59,632 bases of DNA from positions 1 to 59,632 of the forward strand of contig CAJGDV010000001.1 of assembly GCA_904502155.1 (NCBI GenBank), read 5' to 3'. The notes beneath the pieces are model-generated. The model ran no database searches and had not been told where the DNA came from. It was given only the letters and a program-made list of their open reading frames with translations. This DNA is from an uncultured Bacilli bacterium. Its GTDB lineage: Bacteria; Bacillota_I; Bacilli_A; RF39; UBA660. This document shows positions 10,597 through 21,707 of this stretch, piece by piece; the stretch's first letter is position 1; the number at the start of each line of letters is the position of its first letter. A program made the position numbers and the translations under genes.

Positions 10597-11697
10597 ATGA
10601 GTTTAACAGCAGGAATTGTTGGATTACCAAATGTAGGTAAATCAACATTATTTAATGCAATTACAAAGAAAAATATATTAGCGGCAAATTATCCATTTGC
10701 AACAATAGATCCAAATGTTGGAGTTGTTACAGTACCTGATAAGAGACTTGAATTTTTACAAGATTTATATCAAACTGAAAGTGTTGTACCAACAACTTAT
10801 GAATTTACAGATATTGCCGGATTAGTTAAAGGTGCTTCAGCAGGTGAAGGATTAGGAAACAAATTCTTATCACATATAAGAGAAGTTGATGCTATTGTTG
10901 AAGTAGTTAGATGTTTTGAAGACAAAAATATTATTCATGTTGAAAATGAAGTAGATCCAATAAGAGATATAGAAATCATTAATGTTGAATTAATGTTAGC
11001 TGATCTTGAAGTAGTAGAAAATAGAATTAACAGAATTGGAAAAAAAGCTGCTATGTCAAAAGATAAAGAAGTAGTAAAAGAAGTTACTATTTTAAATAAA
11101 CTTAAAGAATGTTTAGAGGCTAATAAACCAATAAGAAGTTTAGAATTTGATGTAGAAGAATTAAAATATGTCAATGCTTTCAATTTCTTAACACATAAAC
11201 CAATTATCTATATGGCTAATATTAGTGAAGAAGATTTAATTAGTGATGGAAATCAATATGTAGATAAAGTACGTGAATATGCTGCTGCAGAAAATTCGTC
11301 TGTTATTACAGTATGTGCTAAAATCGAATCTGAATTATGTGAATTAAATGATGAAGATAAAATTGAATTCTTAAAAGAATTAGGAATTAATAATAGTGGT
11401 TTAGATAAATTAATTTATGCTACTTATGATTTATTAGGTCTTGCGACATATTTTACAGCTGGTGTTCAAGAATGTAGAGCATGGACTTTCAAGAAAGGTA
11501 TGAAAGCACCAGAATGTGCTGGTATTATTCATAGTGACTTTGAAAGAGGATTCATTAGAGCAGAAGTAATGAGTTATGATGACTTAGTTGAATGTGGAAA
11601 TGAAAAGAATGTTAAAGATGCTGGAAAAATGAGACTTGAAGGAAAAGAATATGTTATGAAAGATGGAGACATTTGTCACTTCAGATTTAATGTATAA
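10597..11697 (+). CDS. ychF: ribosome-binding ATPase YchF
   Basis: [13 protein letters not shown]-loop and a conserved C-terminal TGS-like end. ATG 10597 has proper spacing to GAGGA; the ORF-track ATG 10591 does not. Confidence 0.95.
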   Translation: MSLTAGIVGLPNVGKSTLFNAITKKNILAANYPFATIDPNVGVVTVPDKRLEFLQDLYQTESVVPTTYEFTDIAGLVKGASAGEGLGNKFLSHIREVDAIVEVVRCFEDKNIIHVENEVDPIRDIEIINVELMLADLEVVENRINRIGKKAAMSKDKEVVKEVTILNKLKECLEANKPIRSLEFDVEELKYVNAFNFLTHKPIIYMANISEEDLISDGNQYVDKVREYAAAENSSVITVCAKIESELCELNDEDKIEFLKELGINNSGLDKLIYATYDLLGLATYFTAGVQECRAWTFKKGMKAPECAGIIHSDFERGFIRAEVMSYDDLVECGNEKNVKDAGKMRLEGKEYVMKDGDICHFRFNV

Positions 11698-11722
11698 AAG
11701 TATGATTTATCATGCTTTTTTT
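11697..11722 (+). terminator. intrinsic terminator after ychF
   Basis: agtatgat / atcatgct stem (one G-U pair) followed by a T-run. Confidence 0.6.
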
Positions 11723-11737
11723 GTTTTAAAAAAGTTA

Positions 11738-11766
11738 TTTACAAATAGTTTTCTTCATGTTATAAT
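11738..11766 (+). promoter_or_regulatory. sigma-A-type promoter of rpsF-ssb-rpsR
   Basis: TTTACA, 17 nt spacer, TGtTATAAT (extended -10). Confidence 0.6.
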
Positions 11767-11833
11767 ACACTCGAGTATTAATTTACTCCTTGCTTCGTAA
11801 TGAAGCCGAAAGACCATAAGGAGGTGCAAGAGA
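11767..11833 (+). promoter_or_regulatory. rpsF 5' leader with hairpin, possible S6:S18 autoregulatory leader
   Basis: gcttc-gtaat-gaagc hairpin (11792-11806) followed by CCG, just before the RBS. The link to the described Firmicute rpsF leader is from memory only. Confidence 0.35.
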
Positions 11834-12124
11834 ATGAAAAATTATGAAATTATGTTTATTGTTAGACCAACATTAACAGAAGATGAAATTAAGAATGTTG
11901 CAAAAAAATTCGAAACAATCTTAACTGATAATGGTGCAAAAGTTACTAACACTAAAGACATGGGTCAAAGAGAATTAGCTTATGAAATCAAAAAATTCAA
12001 AAATGGTTATTATTTCTTAATCAATTTAGAATCTAACGATGATAAAGCTATTAAAGAATTTGATCGTATGGCTGGAATTAGTAGCGATGTTATTCGTCAC
12101 TTAATTACAAAGTTAGAAGACTAA
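11834..12124 (+). CDS. rpsF: 30S ribosomal protein S6
   Basis: MKNYEIMFIVRP.. typical bS6. rpsF-ssb-rpsR synteny. Confidence 0.96.
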   Translation: MKNYEIMFIVRPTLTEDEIKNVAKKFETILTDNGAKVTNTKDMGQRELAYEIKKFKNGYYFLINLESNDDKAIKEFDRMAGISSDVIRHLITKLED

Positions 12125-12134
12125 GAGGTGCATT

Positions 12135-12611
12135 ATGAATAGAGTATGTTTAATCGGAAGATTAACAAATAAACCAGAATTAAGACAAACCAATAGTAAT
12201 TTAGCTGTGACAAGATTTACTTTAGCTGTAAACCGCAATTTTAGCAATAGCCAAGGTCAAAGAGAAGCAGATTTTATTACAATAGTTGCTTGGAGAAAAC
12301 AAGCTGAAAATATTTGTCGATACTTAGACAAAGGTAGTTTAATATCAGTTGAAGGAAGAATTCAAACAGGAAGTTTCGATGGACAAGACGGACAAAGACG
12401 TTATACAACTGAAGTTGTTGCAGATCAAGTTAATTTCTTAGAAACAAGAAGTCAAAGTCAAGCACGTTCAAATAATAGCTATGTTCCAATGAATGAACCA
12501 TCATTCGATAGTTATAATGAACCACCAGTTCAAAATAATGTAGATATCGATAATGATCCATTCTCATCATTTGGAGATAGCGTTTCATTAGATGATAACT
12601 TCCTAGATTAA
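12135..12611 (+). CDS. ssb: single-stranded DNA-binding protein
   Basis: OB-fold N-terminus ([15 protein letters not shown]), Q/N/S-rich linker, acidic C-terminus. Confidence 0.95.
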   Translation: MNRVCLIGRLTNKPELRQTNSNLAVTRFTLAVNRNFSNSQGQREADFITIVAWRKQAENICRYLDKGSLISVEGRIQTGSFDGQDGQRRYTTEVVADQVNFLETRSQSQARSNNSYVPMNEPSFDSYNEPPVQNNVDIDNDPFSSFGDSVSLDDNFLD

Positions 12612-12627
12612 TAAGGAGGAAACAATA

Positions 12628-12846
12628 ATGGCAGAATTTTATAGAAAAAAGAAAAAAGTATGTCAAATGTGTGCTGGTAAATCAGTAGATTACAAAGATG
12701 CTGATATCATGAAAAAATACATCAGTGCTGATAAAGGTAAAATCTTACCAAGAAGAATCACTGGTGCATGTTCAAAACACCAAAGACATATTGCTAACGA
12801 AGTTAAAAAAGCTCGTTTTATGGCTATAATTCCATTCGTTAAATAA
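12628..12846 (+). CDS. rpsR: 30S ribosomal protein S18
   Basis: VDYKD...[14 protein letters not shown] typical bS18. Confidence 0.96.
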   Translation: MAEFYRKKKKVCQMCAGKSVDYKDADIMKKYISADKGKILPRRITGACSKHQRHIANEVKKARFMAIIPFVK

Positions 12847-12858
12847 TAAATTAAACTT

Positions 12859-12885
12859 AAAAGCAGATTACTCTGCTTTTTTTTG
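12859..12885 (+). terminator. intrinsic terminator after rpsR
   Basis: agcaga-ttac-tctgct stem with flanking A and T runs. Confidence 0.7.
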
Positions 12886-12890
12886 TTTTA

Positions 12891-12919
12891 TTGACAATAA
12901 TATAATAATTTGTTACTAT
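12891..12919 (+). promoter_or_regulatory. sigma-A-type promoter of coiled-coil cassette A
   Basis: TTGACA, 17 nt spacer, TGtTACTAT. Confidence 0.55.
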
Positions 12920-12948
12920 TATCTTAGAATAGATAATAGGAGGATAAA

Positions 12949-15009
12949 ATGAGTAAGGATGAATTAATTAAAATACTAACTGAATTAAAAAACAGTAGTA
13001 TGAATGACGAAAATGTAATTTCTCAAATTAATGATATTGAAAAAATCATTGAACTTAAAAATGCTAAAGAAGAAGAAATGTTAAAATTTAAAGAAATGAT
13101 GGAAGAAGATTTTGAGATAAGAGATGAAAGATTAATAAATCTTGAAGAATTAGTTGCTAATGCTAGAATTTTAGTTGAAGAAAACAAAGAAGCATTAGAT
13201 AGAAATGAATTAATTGTACATCATATTAATTTAGATACTAATATCATGAAAAGAGAAATTGAATTAATCAATTTAAGAAATGAAGAAATCAAAAAAAATA
13301 TGTCTTCAGTTTCTAATGAAAAATATCAAGCGCAATTTAATGAAGAACTTAATAATAATATGAACAAAATATCTGAACTAAACAACAAAATTGATAACAA
13401 TAATAATTTAGCTAATAGATATAATGAATATATTGTTCAATTAAAAGAACAAGATACTTTTTTAAATAATCAATTAAATACATATATGAGTAATTTAGAT
13501 GAGTATAAACAAGAACTTGAAAAAACAAATAAAAAAGAAGAACAAATGAATAATGCAGTTCAAGTATATAATAGTTTTGATTTAGTACAAAATAATTTAA
13601 TGTTTAATAATTATTTTAATAATTTAGAAAATAAGATTAACAATAATAATATGGATGAAAATTCATTAGATGAAATGAATAAATATAAAAACAATGTATC
13701 TGATATTCTATTATTAAATGCTCCGGAAAAAAGAAATGAAGAAATTATTAAAAATACAATGGCTAAAAATTATTATGAAACAAAAAATGGCTTTGTAAGT
13801 AGTTCACAAAAAGATATAGATTCAAATAAAGAAGATATTAATATTGCAAAAATTAATTTAAAAATTAAAGAAAATGAAACACAACTAGTAAAACTTGATA
13901 ATACTTATAATCAAGCTATAAATTCAAATGAAAATTTAAATAAAGAAGCTAATAAAATAAATTTAGAAAATAAAATTTTAAGAAAAAGAATAAAAAATAA
14001 AAATATTGATAATGAACTAAAAATCCAATTACAAAATAATTTATCAGAAAACGAAAAAAAATTAATAGAAATAAAAGCAGAAATCAAAAATAATGAAATT
14101 GTTATTAATGAAAATGAACAAGCTAAATTAAATTGCCAAAATAAAATTGATAGATATAAAGTATTATTGGATAATAAAGAACATAGAAAACAAAATGAGC
14201 AAAATACTGAAGTATTACAAAAAGAAGAAAAAATTAATAATAATTTAATTATTCATGCATTAAATACAAAAGAAAGAATGCTTAATAGTGAAATACCTAT
14301 GTTACTTGGAAATTTAAAAGACCAAACTAAATACAATGCACCATTAATTGAAAACGACCCTAATGTTATTGAAGGAGAATTTAAAGTTCTTAATGATGAT
14401 GTTGAAGAAAATAAAGTAGATGAAGTTGTTGAAAAAGAAGAAATAGTTAAAGAACCAGAACAATTTGAAATATTATCTGTAAAAAGACCTTTAAAAGAAA
14501 AAATGAAAGCTAAGATTAAAAAAGTTTCAGCAGCAATAGTTGCAAGTATGTTGATTATAGCATCAGCAGTTCCAACAATGGTTCCTAATCAAAATAACAT
14601 GGAAGAAGTAAATACTAGAATTATTGAAAATATTGAAGAAGAAAAATTAACTGGTAATGAAACAGTTGAAGAAATAGCAGAAAAAATAGGTATAAATGAT
14701 ACAATTACTGTTAAAGAAGATGCTTCAATTTATTACACTCAATATGATGCAACAGAAAAAACAAATGCATTAGATCCTGTTCATGAAAGAGAAATGGAAA
14801 GAAATGTTATAGGTGCAACTGTTAAAATGCCTGATGGATCATTACAATTTACACAAAATAATGAGATGTTAGATTCATTAGTAAATAACGGTGGAGAAAT
14901 AACTTCATATTTAACAGGAAATGAACATGAAGCAGAAGGTTTCTGGAATGTTAATGATATAAACAAAGTTAATCAAATGAATCAAGAAATGGGAGGTATG
15001 ACACGATGA
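12949..15009 (+). CDS. hypothetical bitopic coiled-coil protein: ~520-aa cytoplasmic N/K/E-rich coiled coil, one TM, ~140-aa extracellular tail (cassette A)
   Basis: AGGAGG RBS. Heptad-like low-complexity helical sequence. KMKAKIKK followed by hydrophobic VSAAIVASMLIIASAVPTMV. Paralogous architecture to 43698-47135. Confidence 0.8.
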   Translation: MSKDELIKILTELKNSSMNDENVISQINDIEKIIELKNAKEEEMLKFKEMMEEDFEIRDERLINLEELVANARILVEENKEALDRNELIVHHINLDTNIMKREIELINLRNEEIKKNMSSVSNEKYQAQFNEELNNNMNKISELNNKIDNNNNLANRYNEYIVQLKEQDTFLNNQLNTYMSNLDEYKQELEKTNKKEEQMNNAVQVYNSFDLVQNNLMFNNYFNNLENKINNNNMDENSLDEMNKYKNNVSDILLLNAPEKRNEEIIKNTMAKNYYETKNGFVSSSQKDIDSNKEDINIAKINLKIKENETQLVKLDNTYNQAINSNENLNKEANKINLENKILRKRIKNKNIDNELKIQLQNNLSENEKKLIEIKAEIKNNEIVINENEQAKLNCQNKIDRYKVLLDNKEHRKQNEQNTEVLQKEEKINNNLIIHALNTKERMLNSEIPMLLGNLKDQTKYNAPLIENDPNVIEGEFKVLNDDVEENKVDEVVEKEEIVKEPEQFEILSVKRPLKEKMKAKIKKVSAAIVASMLIIASAVPTMVPNQNNMEEVNTRIIENIEEEKLTGNETVEEIAEKIGINDTITVKEDASIYYTQYDATEKTNALDPVHEREMERNVIGATVKMPDGSLQFTQNNEMLDSLVNNGGEITSYLTGNEHEAEGFWNVNDINKVNQMNQEMGGMTR

Positions 15010-15272
15010 GTTTTTTACAAAAATTAGATATGGTAAAATTAAGTGATAATCAAACATATGTTCTTGCTGAAATGATTAATGAAAATAATATTGATTATTT
15101 AATGTTAATAAAAGCAGATGAAAATGGAGAAATGACTGAAGAAGTTGTTTATGGAAAAATAGTTGTTTTACCTACTAGAAAATATGGAATTGAAACAATT
15201 GAAGATAAAGAGTTAAAAGCACATTTAGCTGAAATATTTCTTCCAATGTTTAAAGAAGATTATGAACAATAA
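15006..15272 (+). CDS. DUF1292-like small acidic protein, translationally coupled to the coiled-coil gene
   Basis: ATGA start/stop overlap, GGAGGT RBS. Pattern (short beta N-terminus, Y.L, acidic loop, acidic C-terminus) resembles DUF1292/UPF0473. Counterpart at 47152-47397. Confidence 0.7.
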   Translation: MSFLQKLDMVKLSDNQTYVLAEMINENNIDYLMLIKADENGEMTEEVVYGKIVVLPTRKYGIETIEDKELKAHLAEIFLPMFKEDYEQ

Positions 15273-15307
15273 AAAGTAATTAACTTATTAGTTATTCATA
15301 TATATAT

Positions 15308-15336
15308 AAAACTAACACGCGCGTGTTAGTTTTTTT
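15308..15336 (+). terminator. intrinsic terminator of cassette A
   Basis: Perfect palindrome aaaactaacacgc/gcgtgttagtttt followed by a T-run. Confidence 0.8.
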
Positions 15337-15354
15337 ATAAAATTAATAATATAT

Positions 15355-15384
15355 AAAAAAACAGTTCATTGAACTGTTTTATTG
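15355..15384 (-). terminator. intrinsic terminator of gpsA (reads on - strand)
   Basis: aacagtt / aactgtt stem flanked by A and T runs. Overlaps the gpsA stop codon. Confidence 0.65.
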
Positions 15385-16356
15385 TTTTTTAATTAAGAAT
15401 TTTTTTAATTCTTCAGGATCTTCATTATTAAATACAATATCATAAACTAAATCTACAATTGGAATATCCACCTTTTTATTTTTAATTAGTTTATGAATTG
15501 ATTTTAATGTATATAATCCTTCTATTGTAGTATTAGCAATATAATTATCTATTTCATTTTTTGGTCTTTTTTCTCCAATTATTTTACCAAATGTAAAATT
15601 TCTACTTTTTGTACTAGTACATGTTAATAATAAATCTCCAAATCCAGCAAATGATAATACAGTTTTTCCATCTCCACCTAAGGCTTTAATTAATTCCTTA
15701 ATATCATGCAATGATTCTGTAATAAACATAGCTTGTGTTGATTCTGGTAAACCCATACCATCTAACATACCTGATGCAATTGCCATTACATTTTTAATAG
15801 AACCACAAATTTCTGTTCCAATCATATCATCTGTTTCTCTTAATTTAAGAGTATCGTTTTCTAATCCTTTTTTTACAACTTTAATAGTTTTTTTACATTT
15901 AGAAGCAATTGTTAATCCTATTGGAACATATTTGGCAATATCTACTGCAAATGATGGTCCAGATATTACTGCAATTTTTTTTGATTTAATATATTTTCTT
16001 ACAACATCGTCTACAAATAAACATGTATCTTGTTCAATACCTTTACTTGCAATACATATATGTTGTTCTTTTGAAACTATATCTTTTATTTTTAATGTAA
16101 CTTCATCTACAAATCCGGCTGGAATTGCTATTACAATTAATTCACTACCAACGATACTATCTTCTAAGTCAGTTGTTATTTTAATATTATCTGGTATTTT
16201 AACACCTGGTAAAACTTGTTTGTTTTCTCTATGTTTAATAATATCTTTTGCTTTATCTTCAAATCTTTCCCATATAGTAATATCACAATTGTTTTTATTG
16301 AACATAAGTGCTAATGCAATACCATATGCACCTGATCCTAAAATTGTTACTTTCAT
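15379..16356 (-). CDS. gpsA: NAD(P)H-dependent glycerol-3-phosphate dehydrogenase
   Basis: ILGSGAYG Rossmann motif. GPSFA and NRNFTFG-type motifs. Confidence 0.93.
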   Translation of the reverse strand: MKVTILGSGAYGIALALMFNKNNCDITIWERFEDKAKDIIKHRENKQVLPGVKIPDNIKITTDLEDSIVGSELIVIAIPAGFVDEVTLKIKDIVSKEQHICIASKGIEQDTCLFVDDVVRKYIKSKKIAVISGPSFAVDIAKYVPIGLTIASKCKKTIKVVKKGLENDTLKLRETDDMIGTEICGSIKNVMAIASGMLDGMGLPESTQAMFITESLHDIKELIKALGGDGKTVLSFAGFGDLLLTCTSTKSRNFTFGKIIGEKRPKNEIDNYIANTTIEGLYTLKSIHKLIKNKKVDIPIVDLVYDIVFNNEDPEELKKFLIKKQ

Positions 16357-16443
16357 TCTATTCCTCTTTCCAAATTGAATTCATCTTTATTTTATCATAT
16401 TTATAATACAAACACAAAATATTAAAAAAAATCAAAAAAGTGC

Positions 16444-16472
16444 TTGATTTTATTTTGTTTTTTTAGTATACT
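16444..16472 (+). promoter_or_regulatory. sigma-A-type promoter of the S10 operon
   Basis: TTGATT, 17 nt spacer, TATACT. Confidence 0.55.
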
Positions 16473-16606
16473 TTTGTATGTGTGGCATGCATAGATGTGT
16501 AAGGTTGCCGAAACGCCAGGTTAAGTTGTGAACTAAAATTTAATCTAAATCGGGTTTTTACACGGAGCAAGTTTATACTGGATATAAACGAAAGGAGGAT
16601 ACCATT
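16473..16606 (+). promoter_or_regulatory. long 5' UTR of rpsJ
   Basis: About 130 nt lie between the predicted promoter and the rpsJ RBS, relatively GC-rich for this window. No specific fold assigned. Confidence 0.3.
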
Positions 16607-16915
16607 ATGTCTAAAACTAAAGTTCGTATCAAATTAAAAGCTTTTGAACACAAAAGTTTAGATAAAGCGTGTGCGAAAATTGTTGAAACAGTTAAAAGAA
16701 CTGGTGGTGTTGTTAGTGGTCCTGTACCTCTACCAACTGAAGTTGAAAAAATCACTATCTTAAGAGCTGTTCACAAATATAAAGATTCACGTGAACAATT
16801 TGAAAAAAGAACACATAAAAGACTTATTGATATCACTAACCCAAGTAAGGAAACTATAGATGCATTAACTCATCTAGAAATTCCAAGTGGTGTTGATATT
16901 CAAATCAAATACTAA
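16607..16915 (+). CDS. rpsJ: 30S ribosomal protein S10
   Basis: [13 protein letters not shown] typical uS10. First gene of the cluster. Confidence 0.98.
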   Translation: MSKTKVRIKLKAFEHKSLDKACAKIVETVKRTGGVVSGPVPLPTEVEKITILRAVHKYKDSREQFEKRTHKRLIDITNPSKETIDALTHLEIPSGVDIQIKY

Positions 16916-16931
16916 TTAGGAGGAAAAAATT

Positions 16932-17660
16932 ATGGTAAAAGGAATCTTAGGTCGTAAAATTGGAATGACTCAAGTATTCACTAAATCAGGAAAATTAGTT
17001 CCAGTTACAGTAATTGAAGTTGGAACTAACGTTGTAACTCAAATCAAAACTGTTGAAAAAGATGGTTACGATGCTATTCAATTAGGATTTAGTGACAAAA
17101 AAGAAAAAGCAGCTACTAAAGCTTCTATTGGACATACTAATAAAGCTAATACTGCACCTAAGCGCTTCTTTAAAGAAATCAGAGGTGTAGAAGTTGCTAA
17201 TTACACATTAGGACAAGAATTACATGCTGATGTTTTCGAAGCCGGAGAAATGATTGACGTTACTGGAATTACTAAAGGTAAAGGATTCCAAGGTGTTATT
17301 AAACGTCATGGACAAAGTCGTGGTCCTATGGGTCACGGATCACATTATCATAGAAGACCAGGTTCAATGGGAACTATGAGACCAATGCGTGTTTTTAAAG
17401 GTAAAAAGTTACCAGGTCATATGGGAACTTTAACAGTTACAATTCAAAACTTAGAAGTTGTAGCTACAGATTTAGAAAATGGAGTTATCTTAGTTAAAGG
17501 TAATGTACCAGGACCTAAAAAATCATTAGTTATGATCAGAACAGCTGTAAAAAATTGTGGAAAAGTAAATGAAGCTGAAGAATTAGTTTCTTATGAAACT
17601 GTTGTAGCTCCTGAAGAAACACCAGTTGAAACTACTGAAACAGTAGAAGAAAACAACTAA
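16932..17660 (+). CDS. rplC: 50S ribosomal protein L3 (with ~30-aa acidic C-terminal extension)
   Basis: [22 protein letters not shown]. Confidence 0.98.
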   Translation: MVKGILGRKIGMTQVFTKSGKLVPVTVIEVGTNVVTQIKTVEKDGYDAIQLGFSDKKEKAATKASIGHTNKANTAPKRFFKEIRGVEVANYTLGQELHADVFEAGEMIDVTGITKGKGFQGVIKRHGQSRGPMGHGSHYHRRPGSMGTMRPMRVFKGKKLPGHMGTLTVTIQNLEVVATDLENGVILVKGNVPGPKKSLVMIRTAVKNCGKVNEAEELVSYETVVAPEETPVETTETVEENN

Positions 17661-17679
17661 TAATAAGGAGGATATTTTA

Positions 17680-18300
17680 ATGAATAAATTATCTGTATTA
17701 AATATTAAAGGTGAAAAAGTAGGGGACATTACTTTAAACGAAAATGTTTGGGGAATTGAACCAAACGACGCTGTTTTATATGATGCATTAACATTAGCAC
17801 GCAATAATGCTAGACAAGGAACTGCTGACACTAAAACTCGTTCAGAAGTTAGTGGTGGAGGAAGAAAACCTTGGAAACAAAAAGGAACTGGACGTGCACG
17901 TCAAGGTAGTACGAGAGCTCCACATTGGATTAAAGGTGGTATCGTATTTGGACCACATCCAAGAAGTTTTGCTAAAAAGATGAACAGAAAAGAAAGAAGA
18001 TTAGCTTTAAAATCTGCTTTATCTTACAAAGTAATTGAAAGCGAAATGATTGTTGTTGATAACTTCGATGTAGAAGCAAAAACAAAATCAGCTATCGCTG
18101 CATTAAAAAACTTAAATGCAAATAAAAAAGTATTATTAGTAGTAGATGAATTAAACGATAACGTTATTTTAGCTACTAGAAATATAAAAGAAGTAGTATT
18201 ATTAGAAGCTAGCGAAATCAATACTTATGATGTAGTTGCTGCTGATAACATGATTATTACTGAAAAAGCTGTTAAAGCTATTGAGGAGGTGCTTGTTTAA
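17680..18300 (+). CDS. rplD: 50S ribosomal protein L4
   Basis: [19 protein letters not shown]. Confidence 0.98.
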   Translation: MNKLSVLNIKGEKVGDITLNENVWGIEPNDAVLYDALTLARNNARQGTADTKTRSEVSGGGRKPWKQKGTGRARQGSTRAPHWIKGGIVFGPHPRSFAKKMNRKERRLALKSALSYKVIESEMIVVDNFDVEAKTKSAIAALKNLNANKKVLLVVDELNDNVILATRNIKEVVLLEASEINTYDVVAADNMIITEKAVKAIEEVLV

Positions 18301-18578
18301 TGAATAACTATAGAGATATTATTAAAGCGCCAATCATCACTGAAAAAACTGCTGATGCAGCTCAAAACAACAGAACTTATGTATTCAGTGTTGATACAAA
18401 AGCTAATAAAACTCAAATCAAACAAGCTATTGAAGCTATTTTCAATGTAAAAGTTGAAAACGTAAATACTGTTAACGTTAAACCAAAGAAAAAAAGAGTT
18501 GGACGTTATGTAGGTAAAACAAATAAAGTTAAAAAAGCATATGTTAAATTACAAGAAGGAAGTTCAATTGAACTATAA
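18300..18578 (+). CDS. rplW: 50S ribosomal protein L23
   Basis: Typical uL23 sequence and operon position. Confidence 0.97.
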   Translation: MNNYRDIIKAPIITEKTADAAQNNRTYVFSVDTKANKTQIKQAIEAIFNVKVENVNTVNVKPKKKRVGRYVGKTNKVKKAYVKLQEGSSIEL

Positions 18579-18599
18579 GAATTGTTAGGAGGATAAATC

Positions 18600-19430
18600 A
18601 TGGCAATAAAAACATATAAGCCAATGACTAATGGTCAACGTAACATGTCTACTTTAGTTAATACAGAAATTACTAAAAGTACACCTGAAAAATCATTAGT
18701 TGTTACATTAAAAAAGAATGGTGGACGTAATAATCAAGGTAGAATTACTGTTAGACACCGTGGTGGTGGAGCTAAAAGAAAATACCGTGTTATTGACTTC
18801 AGAAGAGTTAAAGACGGAGTTCAAGCTACAGTAACTGCTATTGAATACGATCCAAACAGAACTGCTAACATTGCTTTAATTAGTTATACAGATGGTGTAA
18901 AAGCATACATCATTGCTCCAAAAGGATTAAAAGTTGGAGATAAAGTTGAAAGTGGAGAAAATGCAGATATCAAAGTTGGTAACTGTCTACCATTAGCAAA
19001 CATTCCTGAAGGTACTATGGTTCACAATGTTGAATTAAAAGCTGGAAAAGGTGGTCAAATGGCTCGTTCAGCTGGTTCAAGTGTTCAAATCTTAGGACGT
19101 GAAGGTAAATATACATTACTTCGTTTAGCAAGTGGTGAAGTAAGAAAAGTTTTAAGTACTTGCAGAGCAACTATCGGAGAAGTAGGAAATGCTGATCACG
19201 AATTAGTTAAAATAGGAAAAGCTGGTCGTAAAAGACATATGGGTATTAGACCTACAGTTCGTGGATCTGTTATGAACCCTAACGATCACCCACACGGTGG
19301 TGGTGAAGGACGTACACCAATCGGACGTAAAGGGCCTGTTACTCCATGGGGTAAACCAGCACTTGGTGCCAAAACTCGTAAAAATAATAAAGCTTCAGAC
19401 AAGTTAATTGTCCGTCGTCGTAAAAAATAG
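18600..19430 (+). CDS. rplB: 50S ribosomal protein L2
   Basis: [27 protein letters not shown]. Confidence 0.98.
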   Translation: MAIKTYKPMTNGQRNMSTLVNTEITKSTPEKSLVVTLKKNGGRNNQGRITVRHRGGGAKRKYRVIDFRRVKDGVQATVTAIEYDPNRTANIALISYTDGVKAYIIAPKGLKVGDKVESGENADIKVGNCLPLANIPEGTMVHNVELKAGKGGQMARSAGSSVQILGREGKYTLLRLASGEVRKVLSTCRATIGEVGNADHELVKIGKAGRKRHMGIRPTVRGSVMNPNDHPHGGGEGRTPIGRKGPVTPWGKPALGAKTRKNNKASDKLIVRRRKK

Positions 19431-19449
19431 TTGAAAGGATGATATTCAA

Positions 19450-19722
19450 ATGGCAAGAAGTTTAAAAAAAGGACCTTTTATTGATGAACACTTAGCTAAA
19501 AAAGTTGAAGTTGTTGCTTCATCAGCAAAAAAGGAAGTTATTAAAACATGGTCTCGTCGTTCTACAATTTATCCTAACTTTATAGGACTTACATTTGCTG
19601 TTCATAATGGAAAAGATTTTATTCCTGTATATGTAACAGAAGATATGGTTGGACATAAATTAGGTGAATTCGTTCCAACTCGTAAGTTCGGAGGACACGG
19701 CGAAGATAAGAAGAAAAAATAG
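19450..19722 (+). CDS. rpsS: 30S ribosomal protein S19
   Basis: SLKKGPF.D.HL, VHNGK.F.PV. Confidence 0.98.
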   Translation: MARSLKKGPFIDEHLAKKVEVVASSAKKEVIKTWSRRSTIYPNFIGLTFAVHNGKDFIPVYVTEDMVGHKLGEFVPTRKFGGHGEDKKKK

Positions 19723-19747
19723 TTAGTTACCAGGGAGGAGGACTAAA

Positions 19748-20080
19748 ATGGAAGCAAGAGCAATTGCAAAAACAGTTAGAATCGCGCCTCGTAAAGCACG
19801 CTTAGTTGTTGATTTAGTTCGTAACAAAAGCGTAATCGAAGCAGATAGAATATTAGCAAACCTAAACAAGGAAGCTGCTAGAATAACTAGAAAAGTATTA
19901 ACTTCAGCAGTAGCTAACGCAGAAAACAATTTAGGTTTAAATAAAAACAATTTATTCGTAAAAGAAATTTACGTTAACGAAGGTCAAACAATGAAAAGAG
20001 CTAGAATGGGATCTCGTGGTCACGTTGATCCAATCAAAAAAAGAACTAGTCATATTACAGTTGTTGTTGGCGAAAAATAA
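19748..20080 (+). CDS. rplV: 50S ribosomal protein L22
   Basis: RIAPRKARLV.DL.R typical uL22. Confidence 0.98.
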   Translation: MEARAIAKTVRIAPRKARLVVDLVRNKSVIEADRILANLNKEAARITRKVLTSAVANAENNLGLNKNNLFVKEIYVNEGQTMKRARMGSRGHVDPIKKRTSHITVVVGEK

Positions 20081-20104
20081 TAATAAAGCAAAGGAGGTAA
20101 ACTG

Positions 20105-20785
20105 ATGGGTCAAAAAGTTAGTCCAGTAGGACTTAGAATCGGAATCAATAGAGATTGGGAATCAAAATGGTATGCAGGAAACAAAGATTTCGCTAAATAC
20201 TTAAATAACGATGTTCAAATCCGTAAATTTTTAGAAAAAAAATTAAAAGACGCAGCAGTTTCAAGTATTCTTATTGAAAGAAACACTGAAAAGACTAATG
20301 TTATTATTAACACAGCTAAACCAGGTGTTGTTATGGGACACAATGGTAGCGAAGTTGAAAAATTAACTAAACAATTAGCAAAATTAGTAAAAGAAAATAT
20401 TCAAATTTCTATTATGGAAGTTAAAAACCCAGATATCGATGCTGCATTAGTAGCAGAAAATATTGCTCACCAAATCGAAAATCGTGTTTCATTCAGAATT
20501 GCACAAAAAAGAGCAATCAGAAATGCAATGAAAGCTGGAGCAAAAGGTATCAAAACAGCTGTTTCAGGACGTTTAGGTGGTGCTGATATGGCTAGAACTG
20601 AGGGGTATTCAGAAGGAAATACTCCATTACATACTTTAAGAGCTGATATTGATTATGCTCACAAAGAAGCTGATACTACTTATGGTAAAATCGGTGTAAA
20701 AGTATGGATTTATAAAGGTGAAATTCTTCCTGAAAAGAAAAACAAGGGAGGTAAAAACGATGGCAGTAATTCCAAAAAGAACTAA
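20105..20785 (+). CDS. rpsC: 30S ribosomal protein S3
   Basis: [14 protein letters not shown] domain, GRLGGA. Confidence 0.98.
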   Translation: MGQKVSPVGLRIGINRDWESKWYAGNKDFAKYLNNDVQIRKFLEKKLKDAAVSSILIERNTEKTNVIINTAKPGVVMGHNGSEVEKLTKQLAKLVKENIQISIMEVKNPDIDAALVAENIAHQIENRVSFRIAQKRAIRNAMKAGAKGIKTAVSGRLGGADMARTEGYSEGNTPLHTLRADIDYAHKEADTTYGKIGVKVWIYKGEILPEKKNKGGKNDGSNSKKN

Positions 20786-21188
20786 ATACCGTCGTCCACA
20801 CCGTTTACGTTATGATGGTGTATCAAAAGGTAATACAGAATTACATTTTGGTTCATACGGATTAATGGCTATGGAAGGTGCATGGATAACTCAAAATCAA
20901 ATTGAGTCTGCTCGTGTTGCTATGACTCGTTATATGAAACGTGGAGGAAAAGTATGGATTAATATTTTCCCACATTTATCATTAACTAAAATTCCTTTAG
21001 AAACTCGTATGGGTAAAGGGAAAGGTCAACCTGAAAAATGGGTTGCAGTTGTTAAAAAAGGTAAAATTATGTTCGAAATCGATGGTGTTGATGAAGCAGT
21101 AGCTCGTGAAGCACTAAGATTAGCTATGCATAAATTACCTATCAAATGTAAATTTGTAAAAAAAGAAAGTGGTGAAGCTTGTGAATAA
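20760..21188 (+). CDS. rplP: 50S ribosomal protein L16
   Basis: [11 protein letters not shown] 20760 preferred; ORF-track start 20718 lies inside rpsC. Confidence 0.96.
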   Translation: MAVIPKRTKYRRPHRLRYDGVSKGNTELHFGSYGLMAMEGAWITQNQIESARVAMTRYMKRGGKVWINIFPHLSLTKIPLETRMGKGKGQPEKWVAVVKKGKIMFEIDGVDEAVAREALRLAMHKLPIKCKFVKKESGEACE

Positions 21189-21375
21189 TAAAGAAATCAG
21201 AGATTTAACAAACGAAGAAATCACCAAAAAAATTGAAGAATATAAAGAAGAATTATTTAATTTACGTTTTAGTCAAGCTACAGGAAATTTAGAAAATCCT
21301 GCTCGTATTAGAGAATTAAGAAAACTAGTTGCTCGTATGAAAACTATCTTACGTGAAAGAGAATTAAATAACTAG
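21169..21375 (+). CDS. rpmC: 50S ribosomal protein L29
   Basis: EIRDLT..E..K.....[10 protein letters not shown] typical uL29. Start is ambiguous among GTG 21169, 21172 and 21181. Confidence 0.93.
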   Translation: MVKLVNNKEIRDLTNEEITKKIEEYKEELFNLRFSQATGNLENPARIRELRKLVARMKTILRERELNN

Positions 21376-21386
21376 GAGGAATTAAC

Positions 21387-21641
21387 ATGGAAAGAAAACA
21401 AGAATTTGTAGGTAAAGTTGTTAGTGCTTCAAATGATAAAACTATTACAGTTTTAGTTGAAACACATAAAAAAGACAAATTATATGGTAAACGTATTAAA
21501 TATTCTAAAAAATATGCTGCTCATGATGAAAAAAACATCGCTAAAGTAGGAGACAAAGTGCGTATAGTTGAAACTAGACCATTATCAAAAACAAAACATT
21601 TCCGTTTAGTTGAAGTAGTAGAAGAAGCAATAATTTTATAA
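21387..21641 (+). CDS. rpsQ: 30S ribosomal protein S17
   Basis: GKVVS.KMDKT..V typical uS17. Confidence 0.97.
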   Translation: MERKQEFVGKVVSASNDKTITVLVETHKKDKLYGKRIKYSKKYAAHDEKNIAKVGDKVRIVETRPLSKTKHFRLVEVVEEAIIL

Positions 21642-21707
21642 TTGCAAGCTTATTAAATAAAAAAAGCTTAAAAAAAGCTTATTAAAGCTGATAAGGAGGA
21701 TTAATAT

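Noticed and set aside
15932-16378. 148-aa + strand ORF inside gpsA.
   Set aside because: It is antisense to a clearly conserved gpsA and has a low-complexity S/I/L-rich product.
21642-21707. Three AAGCTT(A) palindromes within 35 nt in the 66-nt rpsQ-rplN spacer.
   Set aside because: They could pair into 6-bp stems, but these are short and AT-flanked with no U-tract. This is the normal S10/spc junction. I judged it too weak to call a regulatory element.
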